DNA of 64,000 nucleotides from Elsinoe ampelina. Lineage: Eukaryota. The notes under the pieces are model-generated. The model made no database searches and was not told the origin of the DNA. It worked only from the letters and a program-made list of their open reading frames with translations. Made by a program: the position numbers and the translations under genes. The stretch is taken from the NCBI GenBank assembly GCA_010093995.1, contig ML992505.1, positions 1,381,147 to 1,445,146 of the forward strand. The letters run 5' to 3'. This document shows, piece by piece, positions 14,501-27,362 of the stretch. Position 1 is the first letter of the stretch. The number at the start of each line of letters is the position of its first letter.

Positions 14501-16930
14501 GTCCTCTCTAACTATAATAACCTTAGGTATTTCCTAACTACTAAGAAGCTTTTATAGCGCTAGGCCTACTACGCTAAGGTACTAGCGTAGTTCAATATTA
14601 TTATCTAGTACTATAGTAGGAAGACTAACCTAGCTAACGGCCTATTACGTAGGCCTAACTACTATAAGTATAAAGAAGGTATATAGGAAGAGCGCTATAT
14701 ATTAGTCTCTCTCTTAAAGTAAGTATTATAAACGCGAAGTAAAGGAGTTATACCTATATCTATTATAGATAAGAAACCTAAGGCTAGTAGAGCCTAGGAA
14801 GATAGTAATAAAGCTAGTATAGCTTATATACCTTAAACTACTCCCTAATATAACGCACTTATATAATTCTAACGTACCTCTAGAATAGCGCCTATAAGTC
14901 TACCTATTACCTTAGGAGTACTATAGCTATACTAAGAAGAGTTAGAGCCTCTAGAGTAAGAAGAGTAGCGCCTAGAGAGTACTTATATAAATCTTTCTCT
15001 AAGCCTAACTAGTAATATTAAATTAGAACGATATATGCCTACTCTAGTATCCTAGGACGTACTACTACTCGCCTAGGAAATAATAGAGAGCTAAGGGCAT
15101 AAAGATAGTATAACGCCTATATAACTCTAGAATACCTCTAGTAGAAAGCCCGCTATAATTTTAGACTAGAGTTAGTAGATTATATACCTCTACGCTATAT
15201 AAGTACTAGTAGATAAGACTACGTATATCTCTTCTACTTCTACGTCGCTCTAGGACCTTATCTACGTAGTATAGTAAAAGGACGCCTTTACTTATAGTAA
15301 GAAATAGAAACTTCTAAAAGAGAGAATCTTAACTAGTAATAGTACTACTCCTAAGTAGAGTCTATCTAGTAATAGCTTACTCTAGAACGGAGATAGAGTA
15401 TATATCCTAGAAGAAACTACCTTAAGAGTAGAGCTTATATAGCGTAATTATAATAACCTCTTAGGAGGTTACTTTAGCTATATAAAGACCTACCTTAATA
15501 TAAGGAGGAAGTACTAGTAGCTAGGTATATCTATTGCTATAAAAGTACATATCGAGTACTATAATAGCTACTAAAGGTATAAAGTAACGTAGTATAAGCC
15601 TTATAGCCTTCTATAACCCTTACTAATCCTACCTATACTTAAGGCCTTATAATACTTATCGCTTAATTTTATTACTAGCTTACCCTTAGTAGAGCTCTAG
15701 CCTAGCGTCGTTATAGACGTAATTGTCGTATATATCTATCGCTTATCTAAGTTTAGTATCTATATGCCGACGTTAACTAAGCTTAATACTAGGGACTTTA
15801 CTAATCTATTTAAAATAGATATTATAACGTTATTCGGAACGCTAAAGACACTAGTCTTAGATAGAGAGTCTATCTTTATAAGTAAATTCTAGAGTGCGCT
15901 ATACTAGCGCTAGAAGGCGTAATATAAGCTTAGTACTAGTTTCTATCTATAGATAGATAGCTAAACTAAAAGGTAAAACTAGACGCTAGAGTAGTACCTA
16001 TACTACTTTATCGACTATTACTAGACGGACTAGCTATACTAGGTTAAGTAGGTGTAATTTATGTATAATAATATATATTAAGCATTACTATACGCTACGC
16101 TAGCGTAGTTCTTATTTACGTAGGAGATATATCTACTTAATAATATTAAGGCGCTAGCGCTACCTAGCTACGCGCTAGTATATAACCTATTAGTAGATAA
16201 CTAAGTATAATCTATTACTAAAACGTGTACGGAGCTTGCCTAACACCTATATAAAGTATAGAAAGACTAAGTACTAGCCTATAATAGAGGTTAATAAGTA
16301 AAAGTCTTCTATAATAGCGATAAGGTTATACTTAGTACTAAGAACCTTTATAGCGCTAGACCTAGCTATAAGCTATTAGCTAAGTATATTAGCCCGTTTA
16401 TAATTATATAACGAATTAGTACGTAGGTATATAAGCTACGCTTACTAGATAAAATAAAGCTAATCTATAACGTCTTTAATATTACGCTACTAGAGCTATA
16501 TAGGCGTAGTAAAGGTATACGCCTACCGCCCCTAGAGGTAGAAGGGTAGGAAGAATACATTATTAAATATATCCTTAATAAGGGCTATACTAGCACCTTA
16601 AAGGCGCTATACTACCTAGTAAAGTAGTAGAGTTACCCTATAGAAGAAAGTATATAGGAGCTAGTAAAAAACCTTATAAACGCTAAGGAATTACTATATA
16701 AATATAAGGTAGCTTAGTATAAGCATAGCGCTAGCTAAATATTCTAGATATACTTAGGATTAATAAGTTAAAGGTACAAATTTTAAAGTAAAAAGTACCT
16801 AGGCGTAGCGCTAGGTTAGCTTAGAGTATTATTAGCTTACGTAGGGAGAATACTAGCGTAGCGAAAACTATAGAATTATACTAAAGTAAAGAGGGTATAG
16901 CGTAGGCGTAGCGCTTTAGCCTCCCCTACC

Positions 16931-17801
16931 TTAACTATCTACATTATCTAACTTAGTCTTATCCTTATTATTCTCCTTAATATTGTTAATATACCTAGTT
17001 AGCGCCCTTATAGCGTTATTAATTACCTACGTAGTAGTAGCTTACTTATTCTTAGTAACTATCTATAAGGAAGTTAGCGTAGCTTAGGCGTTATAAGGGC
17101 ATACTTCTAGACTTATATAATTAGCTAAAGCCTTAAGTATAAAGCTAGTATTACTAATTATACCTAGGCGTAGCGCCTTTACTAGCTACTTAGTATCGAC
17201 TTTAGAGGTAGAAGGTATAGTAATAGTACTATTATAGCATAAAGAAGTTACACTATTACTATTACTCTTATTAACTACCTTACTCTTACCTTTAGTATTA
17301 GACTTACTCTATATACGCTTAGCGCTAGCCTTCTTATATATATAGTTAGTATAGGTAGTAATCTAGCGCTTTAGAAGAATAATATTCTTCTTAGGAGTAG
17401 TAGCGTCGTTATAGTATAGTATATATATAGCGAAGTATTCGTCCTAGAGCTTCTTAGTAGTAACTTAATCCTTAGAGTTAAGCTTAGTAGGCTACTAAGG
17501 TTAGTATAAAGTAGGCATAGTATAGGCGTAGAGTATACCTAGTAGTAGTATTTGTTACTATAACTATAACGATTATAGCAAGTAGCCTTAGCCTTAGTAA
17601 TCTAGTAGAGAGGATCCTTAATAGAGAGTATACTATCTTTAAGCTAGAGGTACTTATCGATAGTAATAGTATAGCGTAAGTATAGTATAGAATACTAGTT
17701 CTAGTTAGTAAAATCGCTCTTATAAGGTCTATAAAAGGTTAGCGCTAGTATAGTATAAGTACTATATATAATACTTACTCCTTAGGAACTTTAGGAGCTA
17801 T
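16931..17801 (-). pseudogene. Spliced antisense gene inside the Gypsy 3' region (Cys-rich, zinc-cluster-like), RIP-mutated
   Basis: ATA(ATG)-APKVPK, intron 17729-17778 (GTAAGT..CTAAC..TAG), Cys-patterned exon, intron 17492-17538, then a Lys-rich region and an acidic tail. The frame is consistent across both introns. Confidence 0.6.
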
Positions 17802-18129
17802 AGTTATTAAAGTATATAAGCGTATAGGAGGTAAGCTAGCGTAGGGCTAGAATAGGGTAGTTAGTAGGTAGAGTAGGGTATATAATTTAGATACCTATAC
17901 CCTACTCTACCTATACTCTACCTACCTCTTAGTATACCTACGCTAAGGTAGGTAAGGGTAGAGTATACTAGGAGGTAGGTAGAGTAGAGTAGAGTAATTA
18001 ATTTTATACCTAGTAGAGTATTAGTAATCTAAAAAGTTTAAGTAGCAATCTTAAAAGTTAATAAGAGAGGATTACTAATTATAGATTCTAATTATAAACT
18101 ATATTCTCTAATACTACTACTTATAGATT

Positions 18130-19411
18130 TTACACTTTTAATCTCTATTATACCTAGGTATTAAACATCTCCTTATCCTTAACCTTAGTAGTATCCTTAT
18201 CCTCTATATTCTTATTCTTATTATTATTATTAGTAGTAGTCTTAAGCTCGGAGTGCTCTATAACCTTATTATTCTTATCCTTACTATCTAACTTATCTTT
18301 AACTTTAATACCTAAATAATTATTCTTCTTACTACTAGCTTCTTTATCTAATATTCTTTCGATCTTATCCTTATCTTCCTTAACCTTCTCCTTATACTTA
18401 TTATTATTGTCTTCTTTATAGTATAGCTTAGTACTACGGAGTTTAAGCTTAGAGATATATTTATACTTAGGAGGTAGAGGAACGACTTACCTATATAATT
18501 GTTAGAATATACTATAATTAAAGACTATAATAAACTTACTACTAGTTAGAATTCTATAAGACTATTAATTCTATAGGAGAGAGCTCTTTAAGCTACTTAA
18601 AAAAAATCTTATGTGTCTATTTATTGTTAGTATTATTAGTAATAAGGCTTATATAGCTATCCTAGTAAATCTAGTACTATAGCTTCTCGATAATACCGCT
18701 AGTACCGTAGATATATATATAGGCTCGTATTAGCTATTATTCGCCTTACTAATTTACTACTATATTATCTTAGATATACTTAATAATCTTGTTATACTTT
18801 TACTTTCGTAGAGTCTTTCTAATACTAGTCTATTTCTTATAGGTCTATATAAATATAAATTTAAGCTACTTGCCTACAATAATTAGTACTACTATAATAG
18901 TATACTATAATAATAGACTTACTACTCCTTTACTTATTAAAGCGTTTCTCCTCTATATTATTAATAGTATTATTAATTTTAATATTCTACTTATTAGTAG
19001 AGAGCTAGTTCTACCTATCCTCTACCTTAATCTTATTACGTAAAGTACTAACTACTTTACGATCTACTATATAAGTAGTAGCTAGAGCTTACTCCTTATA
19101 TATACGCTAAGAAGTATAATCTCTCTACTTAATAGTATAAGCGCTTTAACTTAGAGGTCTAGAGTATCTAGTAATAAATCTAGTCTTATAGCCCCTTCTA
19201 GTTTAACTAGTACTACGCTAAGAGATCTAGTATTTAATTTTCTACTACTTAGAATTAAACCTCTAGCATTATTAGTAACTATATATAATAAGAAACTATA
19301 ATTAATACCCCTAACAATTCTTTTAGAATATTCTCCCTAGAGTCTTCTTCTTACTTAATTACTACTTACTCTTTCTACTCTATCTTAACGTCTTCTATAG
19401 GTATAGATATT
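18130..19411 (-). pseudogene. Unidentified multi-intron cargo gene in the hAT, with a charged low-complexity C-terminus (boundaries approximate)
   Basis: Intron-like GTAAGT..CTAAC/CTAAT..TAG segments on the minus strand (~18491-18539, ~18874-18922) and a K/E/D/N-rich reading at 18130-18420. Confidence 0.4.
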
Positions 19412-19750
19412 TAATTAAATATAATAAAAAGAGTATTTATAGTATATAAATTATATATAAGATAAGTAAAAGAGGTAAAGGTATAAAGGTAAAGTTAGAG
19501 TTAGAAATTATAATTTATAAATATATAAAATAATAAAAGGGAAAGCTAGGGTAAGGAATAAGAAAGCTATTATTATATAAGTTATTTATTATTCTCCTAT
19601 TGTTCTCTATTATTAATAGTAAATAGTATATCTAATAATAGATTTTACATTTCTTACTCTAGCCTCTTCTTTTTACTATTTTATATATATTAAAATTTTA
19701 TATATAAACTTTAACTCCTTAGCTATATATAAATAACCTCTTATTCTACT

Positions 19751-20255
19751 ATAGTATATACTAAGAATTGTCCTTAAGCTACTACTAGTCCTAGAGAAAG
19801 AGGTTATAAAGAGAAGTAACCTACTATAAAGAAGGCGCTATAATCCGGAGCTAAGCCTAGAAAGAAGTATAGATATAAGCCCGGTAGTAATTATTATAGT
19901 CTTTAATTATAGTATAGAACTAATAGAAGCTAGCTATTGCTCTCTAAGAGATTTATTGCTACTAGAAAGAGGTTACTCTATTATTCCGTAAGCTTCTCTT
20001 TTCTTACCTTATCTATAAGATTACTTAGGACTTTAAGTCTAACCTCTACTTCTAGACTAGTATAATTAGAGCTCTCTAGAAATTAGTAGAGGTATTTATT
20101 GTTAGATATATAGAAGGTATATACTTATCTAATATATATTAAATTCTCTATTAACACTATATATAGATATAAACCTTAATACTATCTATACTAAGCGTAT
20201 TACTATCTAGGCTAAGGACTCTAGCCTTACTAAGCGCTACTATAAGAAGTTCTAG
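19751..20255 (+). pseudogene. Histone H3-like gene carried by the hAT, RIP-mutated
   Basis: Reverting RIP changes gives MARTK...KKHRYKPGT/VALREIRRYQK..LL.RKLPF.RLVREIAQDFKSDLRFQ.SAIGALQE..E/D.NL.AIHAKRVTIQ.KD. Introns at 19887-19933 and 20117-20166. The 3' end is approximate. Confidence 0.92.
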
Positions 20256-20569
20256 GTTAATAATATATTAAGGGTTAGAGCTTTAAGTAGTACTTTATAC
20301 TAGGGGAATAGTATAGAAAGAGTAATAAATTTCTTTACTATAATAATATAATATAATAATACTTTAATCCTTTCTATTTATTATGTACTTTAAAGGTTAG
20401 AATTAAAAATGTTAGTTATAATTAATATTTATAATTATATAAGGGCTACTAGTGCATTTTAAAATGCCTTACGTAAAGTAATAGTAAAGAAGACTTTCTA
20501 ATAGTCTAAAAACAAATCTATTATCTAAAATTATATAGCTAAATAAGTGTAACATTATAAATAACTACA

Positions 20570-23290
20570 CTATCTATAATACTATATAACCTCTACTCTA
20601 CTATAGTAGACTCCGACGATCTAATCGATCTATAACTATATCTTCTATTAACTTTATTAGTTATAGTAATCCCTATCTCTTAAGATTTACTTAACTATCG
20701 TTTTACTATATAATAACGTAATAAGGGTAGTTAGCCTATATAATAGCATCTTCTAAAGTGTCTAACGCTTAATTCCTTAGTATATCCTAACGAATAAATA
20801 GACCTCTAAAGCTTCTTAACGTAGTAGAACTTAACACTTTAGGTATCTCGCTATAGTTACTCTAAGGAGTTCTATATACTATACTAGAACTTAAAACTAA
20901 GAACTAGACAAGTATAGAGATATTTTAGAGAAGCTATATAAGTATTAGATAGCTGTCTATACGTTTACTACCTATAGTATAGTAATACTCTTACCTACCC
21001 TACGCTAGAAAAGAATAGTACTAATATAATAAGCAAATATAGAGAGTTAAATTTTTATAGGAAAGTAATAAGACTAGTCTATAAGGAAGTACTAGTAGTT
21101 CGAGCACTTATATAACTTCGAGCTTATCTAGTAATCGATTAGAAAAATGTTCTATTGTATTTAGTTACTCGCTTCTAATTAAAGCTTATTCGAACAGTTA
21201 TTAACTATAATTAGTCCTTCTACACTATTAAGTAACTATTATTTTAATAGTTTATATAGTTCTTATACCTAGGAGCACTTATACTAAGCCGTAGTTATTT
21301 CGCTATACTCTTTATTAACGACTTTAAGACTCTCTATAAAAGCTTATTATAGAATCTTAATAAGACTATAAAGATTTTAATTATACTTAATAGCTAGTCT
21401 ACTAACAACTACTTAGGCTTTATTATAATTAAAGCTTATTATATTAACGACTAATAGTAGCTCTAGGAATAACTATTAGATATAGTACTACTTTGCAGTT
21501 AATATATAGGGCAGAATATAGCTACTAAGCTTATATAGGTACTCCGGTAGTATAATCTCTAGAACCGGCTTCTAGTAATTACTACGGATAATGTAAGTAA
21601 CAATTGTACGTTATATAAGACTATATATAAGCTTCTAAGATAGATAGGTATTATATAGGACTTATAAGAGAATACTATTCTATGCCTTATATATATTATT
21701 AACCTAGTTATATAAGACATTATTAAGTACCTTAACCTTTAGACTACTAAGGAAGAAGAGTAGGCTACTAGGCTTAAAAGATAGTACTTAAAAGATATCT
21801 CTACTAAACTCTTAGTACTAAACTCGCTTTAGAAGGTTAGCTTTCTAATTATAGTTTCTAATTATAGTCTAATAAATTGCTAGCTTTATATAACTTATAT
21901 TACTATTAACTAATTACCTTAACGGTTTAAGAGGTTTATTAACCTCTAATAAACTATAATGCCTCGAGAGCGTAAGGTTATTATTCGAGATATTAAGACG
22001 TAGTAGAACTTAACCTTCGATATATATAAGTATAGTCTCGAGCTTAGGCTATTTATCGATAAATAGCTTAAGTAGGAAATTACACTAAAAGGCTCTACTA
22101 GTGCTAGATCTAACTTAGTTAGTAATAACACTAGTAATCTAGACTATAAGGATCTTAAGCGTCTTTATCTTAATAGTATAAAATAGAATTACCTTAAGCT
22201 AGTTACAAAAATACTTAAGAACTTTAAGGAAGTAACTACCTCTCTAAGTACTATTAGCCGCCTATAGATCTTATATATCTAGATAATATATAATTGACTA
22301 TTTAACTTCCTTAATATAATTAAGAATAGTATTATAGGCGAGGAGAAGAATAATAAGAAGCGTTAGCCTATAGTAGTTAGAAGAGTAGCGTAACGTAGTT
22401 AAGATAAACTATTAAAGTACTATTCTTATACTAATAATAAGAGAGGTTACCTCTTTAATTATAGCACTATTCTCGACCCTTTATAAAAGCTAACTCCCTA
22501 CGAGGTTTATAGCTTATAGATATATTATTATAGTAAAGCTAATAGTAATATAGAACGAGACCTAGGCTAAAACTAATAAGGGGAAGTATTGTAAGTAGTT
22601 CCTTAACTACCTTAGTCGTTACAATAGTAAATTACTATTAAGTTAACCTAAAACCCTTAACGCTATAATCTTGTCTAATAATAAAGAGAATTAGTTCTAT
22701 CGACCTTAGGTACCTATATAGATTACCTCTCTATAGACTAGCTTTAGCTTCTAATCTAGTATAGGGTCTATATCCCTAGAACGAGAGAAGGAGGGATAAA
22801 CTATATATTAAGAAGGTAAGGATTACCTTAGTATCTCTCCTGTTTAAATTTAACTAGGGACTAAATTTAAGTTACTTAATTAGTAGAAGACTAATAAGAA
22901 GGAGTTCCTATAGCTTACTAAAGTCGCTTATAATATCCTTACTATACTAATAGCTAGCGTAGGTATTAAATACGTCTTTAATATAGTAAAGAATATTATT
23001 AGTAATAGAAGATACTAGCTTACTATATAAACTATCTAGCGGCTTGTTATTATAAAGCTTATAATAAGTCTCTCTTTATTAAGTAGCGATGTTATTACTA
23101 GTAGTTATTAAGATACTATTAATAGTATTTATAAAGATACTACTATAGACGAGGTAGATAACCTACTTAAGCTACCTTCTTAAGAGAGTAACTTTGTTCT
23201 AAGCAATTATAAGGAGAATAATAACATTAACAATAATAAGCCTCTAGTAAAGCGTATAAGATTATCTATAAGAGCATAGGATAGAACTAT
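20570..23290 (+). pseudogene. hAT transposase, RIP-mutated (boundaries approximate)
   Basis: ITTDN.SNN (~21578), C..HIINL (~21682), D..TRWNST remnant (~21990), LDP (~22472) and a dimerisation-domain remnant W....FP.L...A..IL....ASV..E..F (~22880-22985). Confidence 0.85.
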
Positions 23291-24218
23291 TTATAAATAT
23301 AATAACTAAGTATATAAGATACTATAATTAGAGACTATAATTATCACTGTCCTTTCTAATTTTAAATTCTATATAATGTCTTATATTAGAGAATTAAGAG
23401 AAGCTTCTATTACTTATATAATACCTACCTACGTATAGGTGTAGATTATAGTAGGTAGAGTATTTAGGTACGCGAAATACCTACTACCTAACCCCTACTA
23501 TACCTACTACTAAGAATACTCTACCTAACCTATACCTACTATACTAAGAAATAATACTCTACCCTACCCGTAGTAGAATACCTACTACCTACTAACTACC
23601 CTAGGCTAGAATAATAAAGGGAAAAAAAATTTACTATGTAGGTACTATACTAAGTTAGTAAACAAATAACTAAATAAATAAGCCCGATAGCTAGATCTAT
23701 AGTAGCGTAGGCTTAGTATATACGCTAAGCCTCCCCTACTAGCCCTTAGGCTAGTAAGACCTAGTCTACACTATATAGTACCTAAAATAGGTTACTAGTA
23801 TAGTATTAGACCTACGTAAGTATAGAGCTAGCGTTAAGTAGGATACTTATATAAAGGAAGTATTATAAAGGAGAAAAGAAGAAGAGAAGAAGAAGAGAAG
23901 GATATATATCTAGCTTTAAGCTAAGACTAATCTAGAGAATAATAGGTAGTAGTATATAATAATAGGTAGATCCTTATATATAAAGATAATAACGTAAGAG
24001 TACTATATTCTATATATAAAGAATTATACTATTATTACTATATCTAGTATACGAAGAATAGTATAGGCTACTATAGGCGCGCTATACGCGTGAAGAGTAT
24101 ACTACGCCTAAGAGGCGCTAGCGAGACGCTCTTTCCTAGTTTTCTCCTATACTAGGTTTTCTAGGTTTTATCGAGGCTTATAGGCGTAAGAGCGCGCCCC
24201 TTAAAGGGGAGAAATAAT

Positions 24219-24416
24219 TATAAGGACCGACGTAGTAAGTATACTACGCTAGCTTACCCTAGAGATACTATTCTCTATAGAAGAATAAAACACTCCTTAC
24301 CTATAGAATAGATAGAGTAGAGATTAGTCTTACGATAATCGAGAGTATACTAGTATAATACCTATTCTACTCCTATATACTTGTCTTTCTAGCTCTAATA
24401 TCCTACCTTTGTTATA
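24219..24416 (+). repeat. 3' LTR
   Basis: Direct repeat of 11365-11562, preceded by polypurine AAAGGGGAGAAA. Confidence 0.95.
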
Positions 24417-26628
24417 TATAGTCTATATCCTTTAGCTCGATAGCCTTAGTACTCCTATAATATTCTCCTTCGTCTATAAGCTTATTTATAAAATAATTTA
24501 ATATTAGTTATAAGTAACTAATAACAAACTTCCTCTATCTCTTATATATTCTATTAGTAGGACATAGATACATTAATTCTATAAACGTTATTTAGAGATT
24601 AAACTACGTTAGTTATAGTAGCTAGAATTGCTATAGTTTAAAGCTAGAACCTATAAGGCTATTACGCTATTCTTTAACGTATTATCTAACTTATTTAAAA
24701 AATATAACTACCTCCCTTCTAATGTCTATAACCTCGACGAGGTAGGCGCTAGCGTCGGTTTAACTTAATCGATATAAGTTATTATTAATTTAGATAATAC
24801 TTATCGTCGAAAGAAGGCTAGAAAATACGTTATTAGCTAATAAGAGTAGATATTAATCCTCGAGTATATATAAGCCTCTAGAGACGCGCTTCCCCTCCTT
24901 ATTATATATAAGGCTAAAAACCTTAATATACGCTAGATTCTAGACCTATAGCTAGCTAGATAGCGATTCTTAACATTGAATAAAGGCTAGATAAGTGACA
25001 TATATAGTTACGAGTAGCTTATAACTATCTTCGAGCCTAAAATACGTAACATTAATAGCTGTTAACGCCTCCTTATTCTAGACAGCTATAGCTTATACAT
25101 TATAGCTATATTTACCTTCTTCTATTTTAAGTACAATATTAACCTTATTATCTTTCTACCTTATATATTATATATTCTTTAGCCTCTTAACGTGTCTTAT
25201 TTTTTACTATTAAAGATAGCTCTTACAATTAAGATCGATAATCTAATACGTTTCAATATAGGCTATATATACTATATATAGTAGGCCGAATTCTACGTAT
25301 ATATACAAGAGTATACTCTAACTATAAGGAATATTAAATCTAGTTTTAAATACTCTAGCGTCTATCCGATAAGCCCTATTATAGTACTTACTAATTTGCT
25401 ACACGAATTACGTAATAAATTGCCTAATCGGGCAATTACCCTAATAGAAACTAGCTAATTTAACTAAAGAGTCTTATAGTTAGGGTCGCTATAATCTAGC
25501 GTAAGCTTACGTATAGCTAACTATAGTCTTAACGCGCGTATAGCTATCGTCGACGTCGAAACACTAGTTAAGCAATATATTACAAAAATGACATTATAAT
25601 TTAAATCGTTAACGGCAGCCCTAGTACTACTATAACGAGAAGTTAAATAATAGTAATAGCTTCTTAAGACGCGTAAGTATAAGAAAAGTAGTAAGCGCGT
25701 TACTATCGAAGGCTAGTTTATCTTTAGTAAGTAAGAGACTATCGATATCCTTTATAAGGCCGAAGAAGAGACAAAGAATAAGAAGTGTAAAAAGTATAAG
25801 AAATTACTTACGCTAGAGGATTTACTAGAGCCTAAGGAAGAGGAGGAGCTAGAGCCTATCGAGTCTAATTCTAGAGACGAGCTAGCTTAGATTAATAGAG
25901 TTATTAACTATTCTTATTTAAAAGTACTATTTTACGTGCGCGACTCGTAGACGTATATAACTTATAGACGCGCAACGTTACGTTAACGTTATCTATAGCT
26001 TTAAAGCCTTTATACGCGCTAGCTAGAGTTATTACGCTTTAAAGCTAGAACGTATAAGGCTATTATACCGTTCTTTAACGCGTTATCCGACTTGTTTAAA
26101 AAGCATAACTACTCCTCTTCTAACATCTATAACCTCGACGAGGTAGGCGCTAGTATCGGTTTAACTTAATTAACATAGGTAGTAGTTAGTACTAAAAATA
26201 ACTATTGTCGAAAGAAGGCTAGAAAATGCGTTATTAGCCGACAAGAGTAGATATTAATCCTTAAGTATATACGAGCCTCTAGAGACGCTCTCCCCCCCCT
26301 TATTATCTATAAGGCTAAATACCTTATAATATAGTAGATTCTAGATCCGTAGCTAGCTAGATAGCGTTTCTTAACATTAAATAAAGGCTAGACAAGCGAC
26401 GCGTATAGTTACGAGTAGCTTATAACTATCTTTAAGCCTAAAACACGTAACATTAACAGCCGTTAACGCCTCCTTATTCTAGACAGCTATAGCTTATATA
26501 TTATAGCTACATTTACCTTCTTCTATTTCGAGTATAACATTGACCTTATTGTGTTCCCCCCTTATGTATCGCACATCCTCTAGCCGCTTAACGTCGCATG
26601 TTTTTCACCGCTAAAGACAGCTCTTATA

Positions 26629-27360
26629 ACGTAACTCACCTACGAGCAGTTTGTCCCTACAAGCAGTTTATAAAATTAGCTTTTTTTACCTTTTTAGTAA
26701 TATCTCTATAAAACCTTAATATCCTAGCCTAATATTATATATAATGCTAGATACTCTATAGATCTATATATACTACTAATCTTATTACTATAGAAGCTTA
26801 ACTACTACTAGTATTTAGATATTAAGTTTTCTAGATTTTATAACTTAAATTAGCTATATATTAGCTTTAAGAGAGTTATAATAAGGAATTGAAGAAATAT
26901 TATATAGCTACTACTAAAATTTATATTATATTATATTATTCTAGTATTAAATATATCTCTATTAAGAGATAATCTAGTTTTTAAGAGAATTTAACCTAAA
27001 AATAAAATTTTTAAGTTTTTAAAGCTACTTTTTAGACTTAGCTACTATAAGAGCTTAATACTTCTACTATCTATCTTATATCTAACTAAATATAGTAAAT
27101 ATTCTAAATTACCTCTTCTATATAAATATTTATTAAGAAAATTAGTAGTAAATTTTAGAAATCTAAAAGTCTATATTATAATAGCACTTCTAAGTTTTAT
27201 ATAGTGTCTTTGATACAACTTATAGTTCTAATATCTTACTAGTCCTATCTTAAATTTAAAGCTATATTAGCTATAGTTCGTAGAGATATTACTAAAAAGG
27301 TACAAAAAAGTAACTTTGTGAACCGCTCGTGGGGACGAACCGCTCGTGGGTGAGTCACGT
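26629..27360. mobile_element. Non-autonomous pogo-type element (MITE, 732 bp)
   Basis: TA-flanked ACGT..TIRs with two internal repeats (left TIR RIP-mutated, right TIR mostly intact); AT-rich interior without an ORF. Confidence 0.85.
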
Positions 27361-27362
27361 TA

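Larger units (their letters stand above)
17853..23603 (+). mobile_element. hAT DNA transposon (5.75 kb) with cargo genes, RIP-inactivated, nested in the Gypsy element
   Basis: Perfect 19-bp TIR TAGGGTAGTTAGTAGGTAG / CTACCTACTAACTACCCTA, 8-bp TSD GGCTAGAA (17845-52, 23604-11) and subterminal CTACC-type repeats. Confidence 0.95.
11365..24416 (+). mobile_element. Ty3/Gypsy chromovirus LTR retrotransposon, RIP-inactivated
   Basis: 198-bp LTRs at 11365-11562 and 24219-24416, 5-bp TSD TATAG (11360-64, 24417-21), PPT before the 3' LTR. Degenerate gag zinc knuckle (~12670), TTTAAAA slippery site (~12724), protease ALIDS (~12845), RT YLDDIL (~13826), RNase H (~14281), integrase (~15450-16000) and chromodomain (~16550-16700). 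Confidence 0.95.
11045..25978 (+). mobile_element. Pogo/Fot1-like element B, RIP-mutated, nested in A and split by the LTR element
   Basis: TA TSDs at 11043-44 and 25979-80. Degenerate TIRs match those of the copy at 33406-35282. Pieces 11045-11364 and 24417-25978 join colinearly with that copy. Confidence 0.88.
10569..26628 (+). mobile_element. Pogo/Fot1-like element A, RIP-mutated, interrupted at 11043-25980 and truncated at its 3' end
   Basis: TA + ACGTCATCCACC TIR with two internal ~17-bp repeats; degenerate MYTEADI..YNLIRKA HTH. The reading resumes at 25979 (NLDE, LLILD..S, QPLDV remnants) and stops at the MITE at 26629. No right TIR found. Confidence 0.8.

Noticed and set aside
10600..27300. 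AT-rich DNA as organellar insertion, contamination or alternative genetic code
   Set aside because: TpA excess, TAG/TAA at Trp/Gln codons and transition-only differences between repeats indicate RIP.
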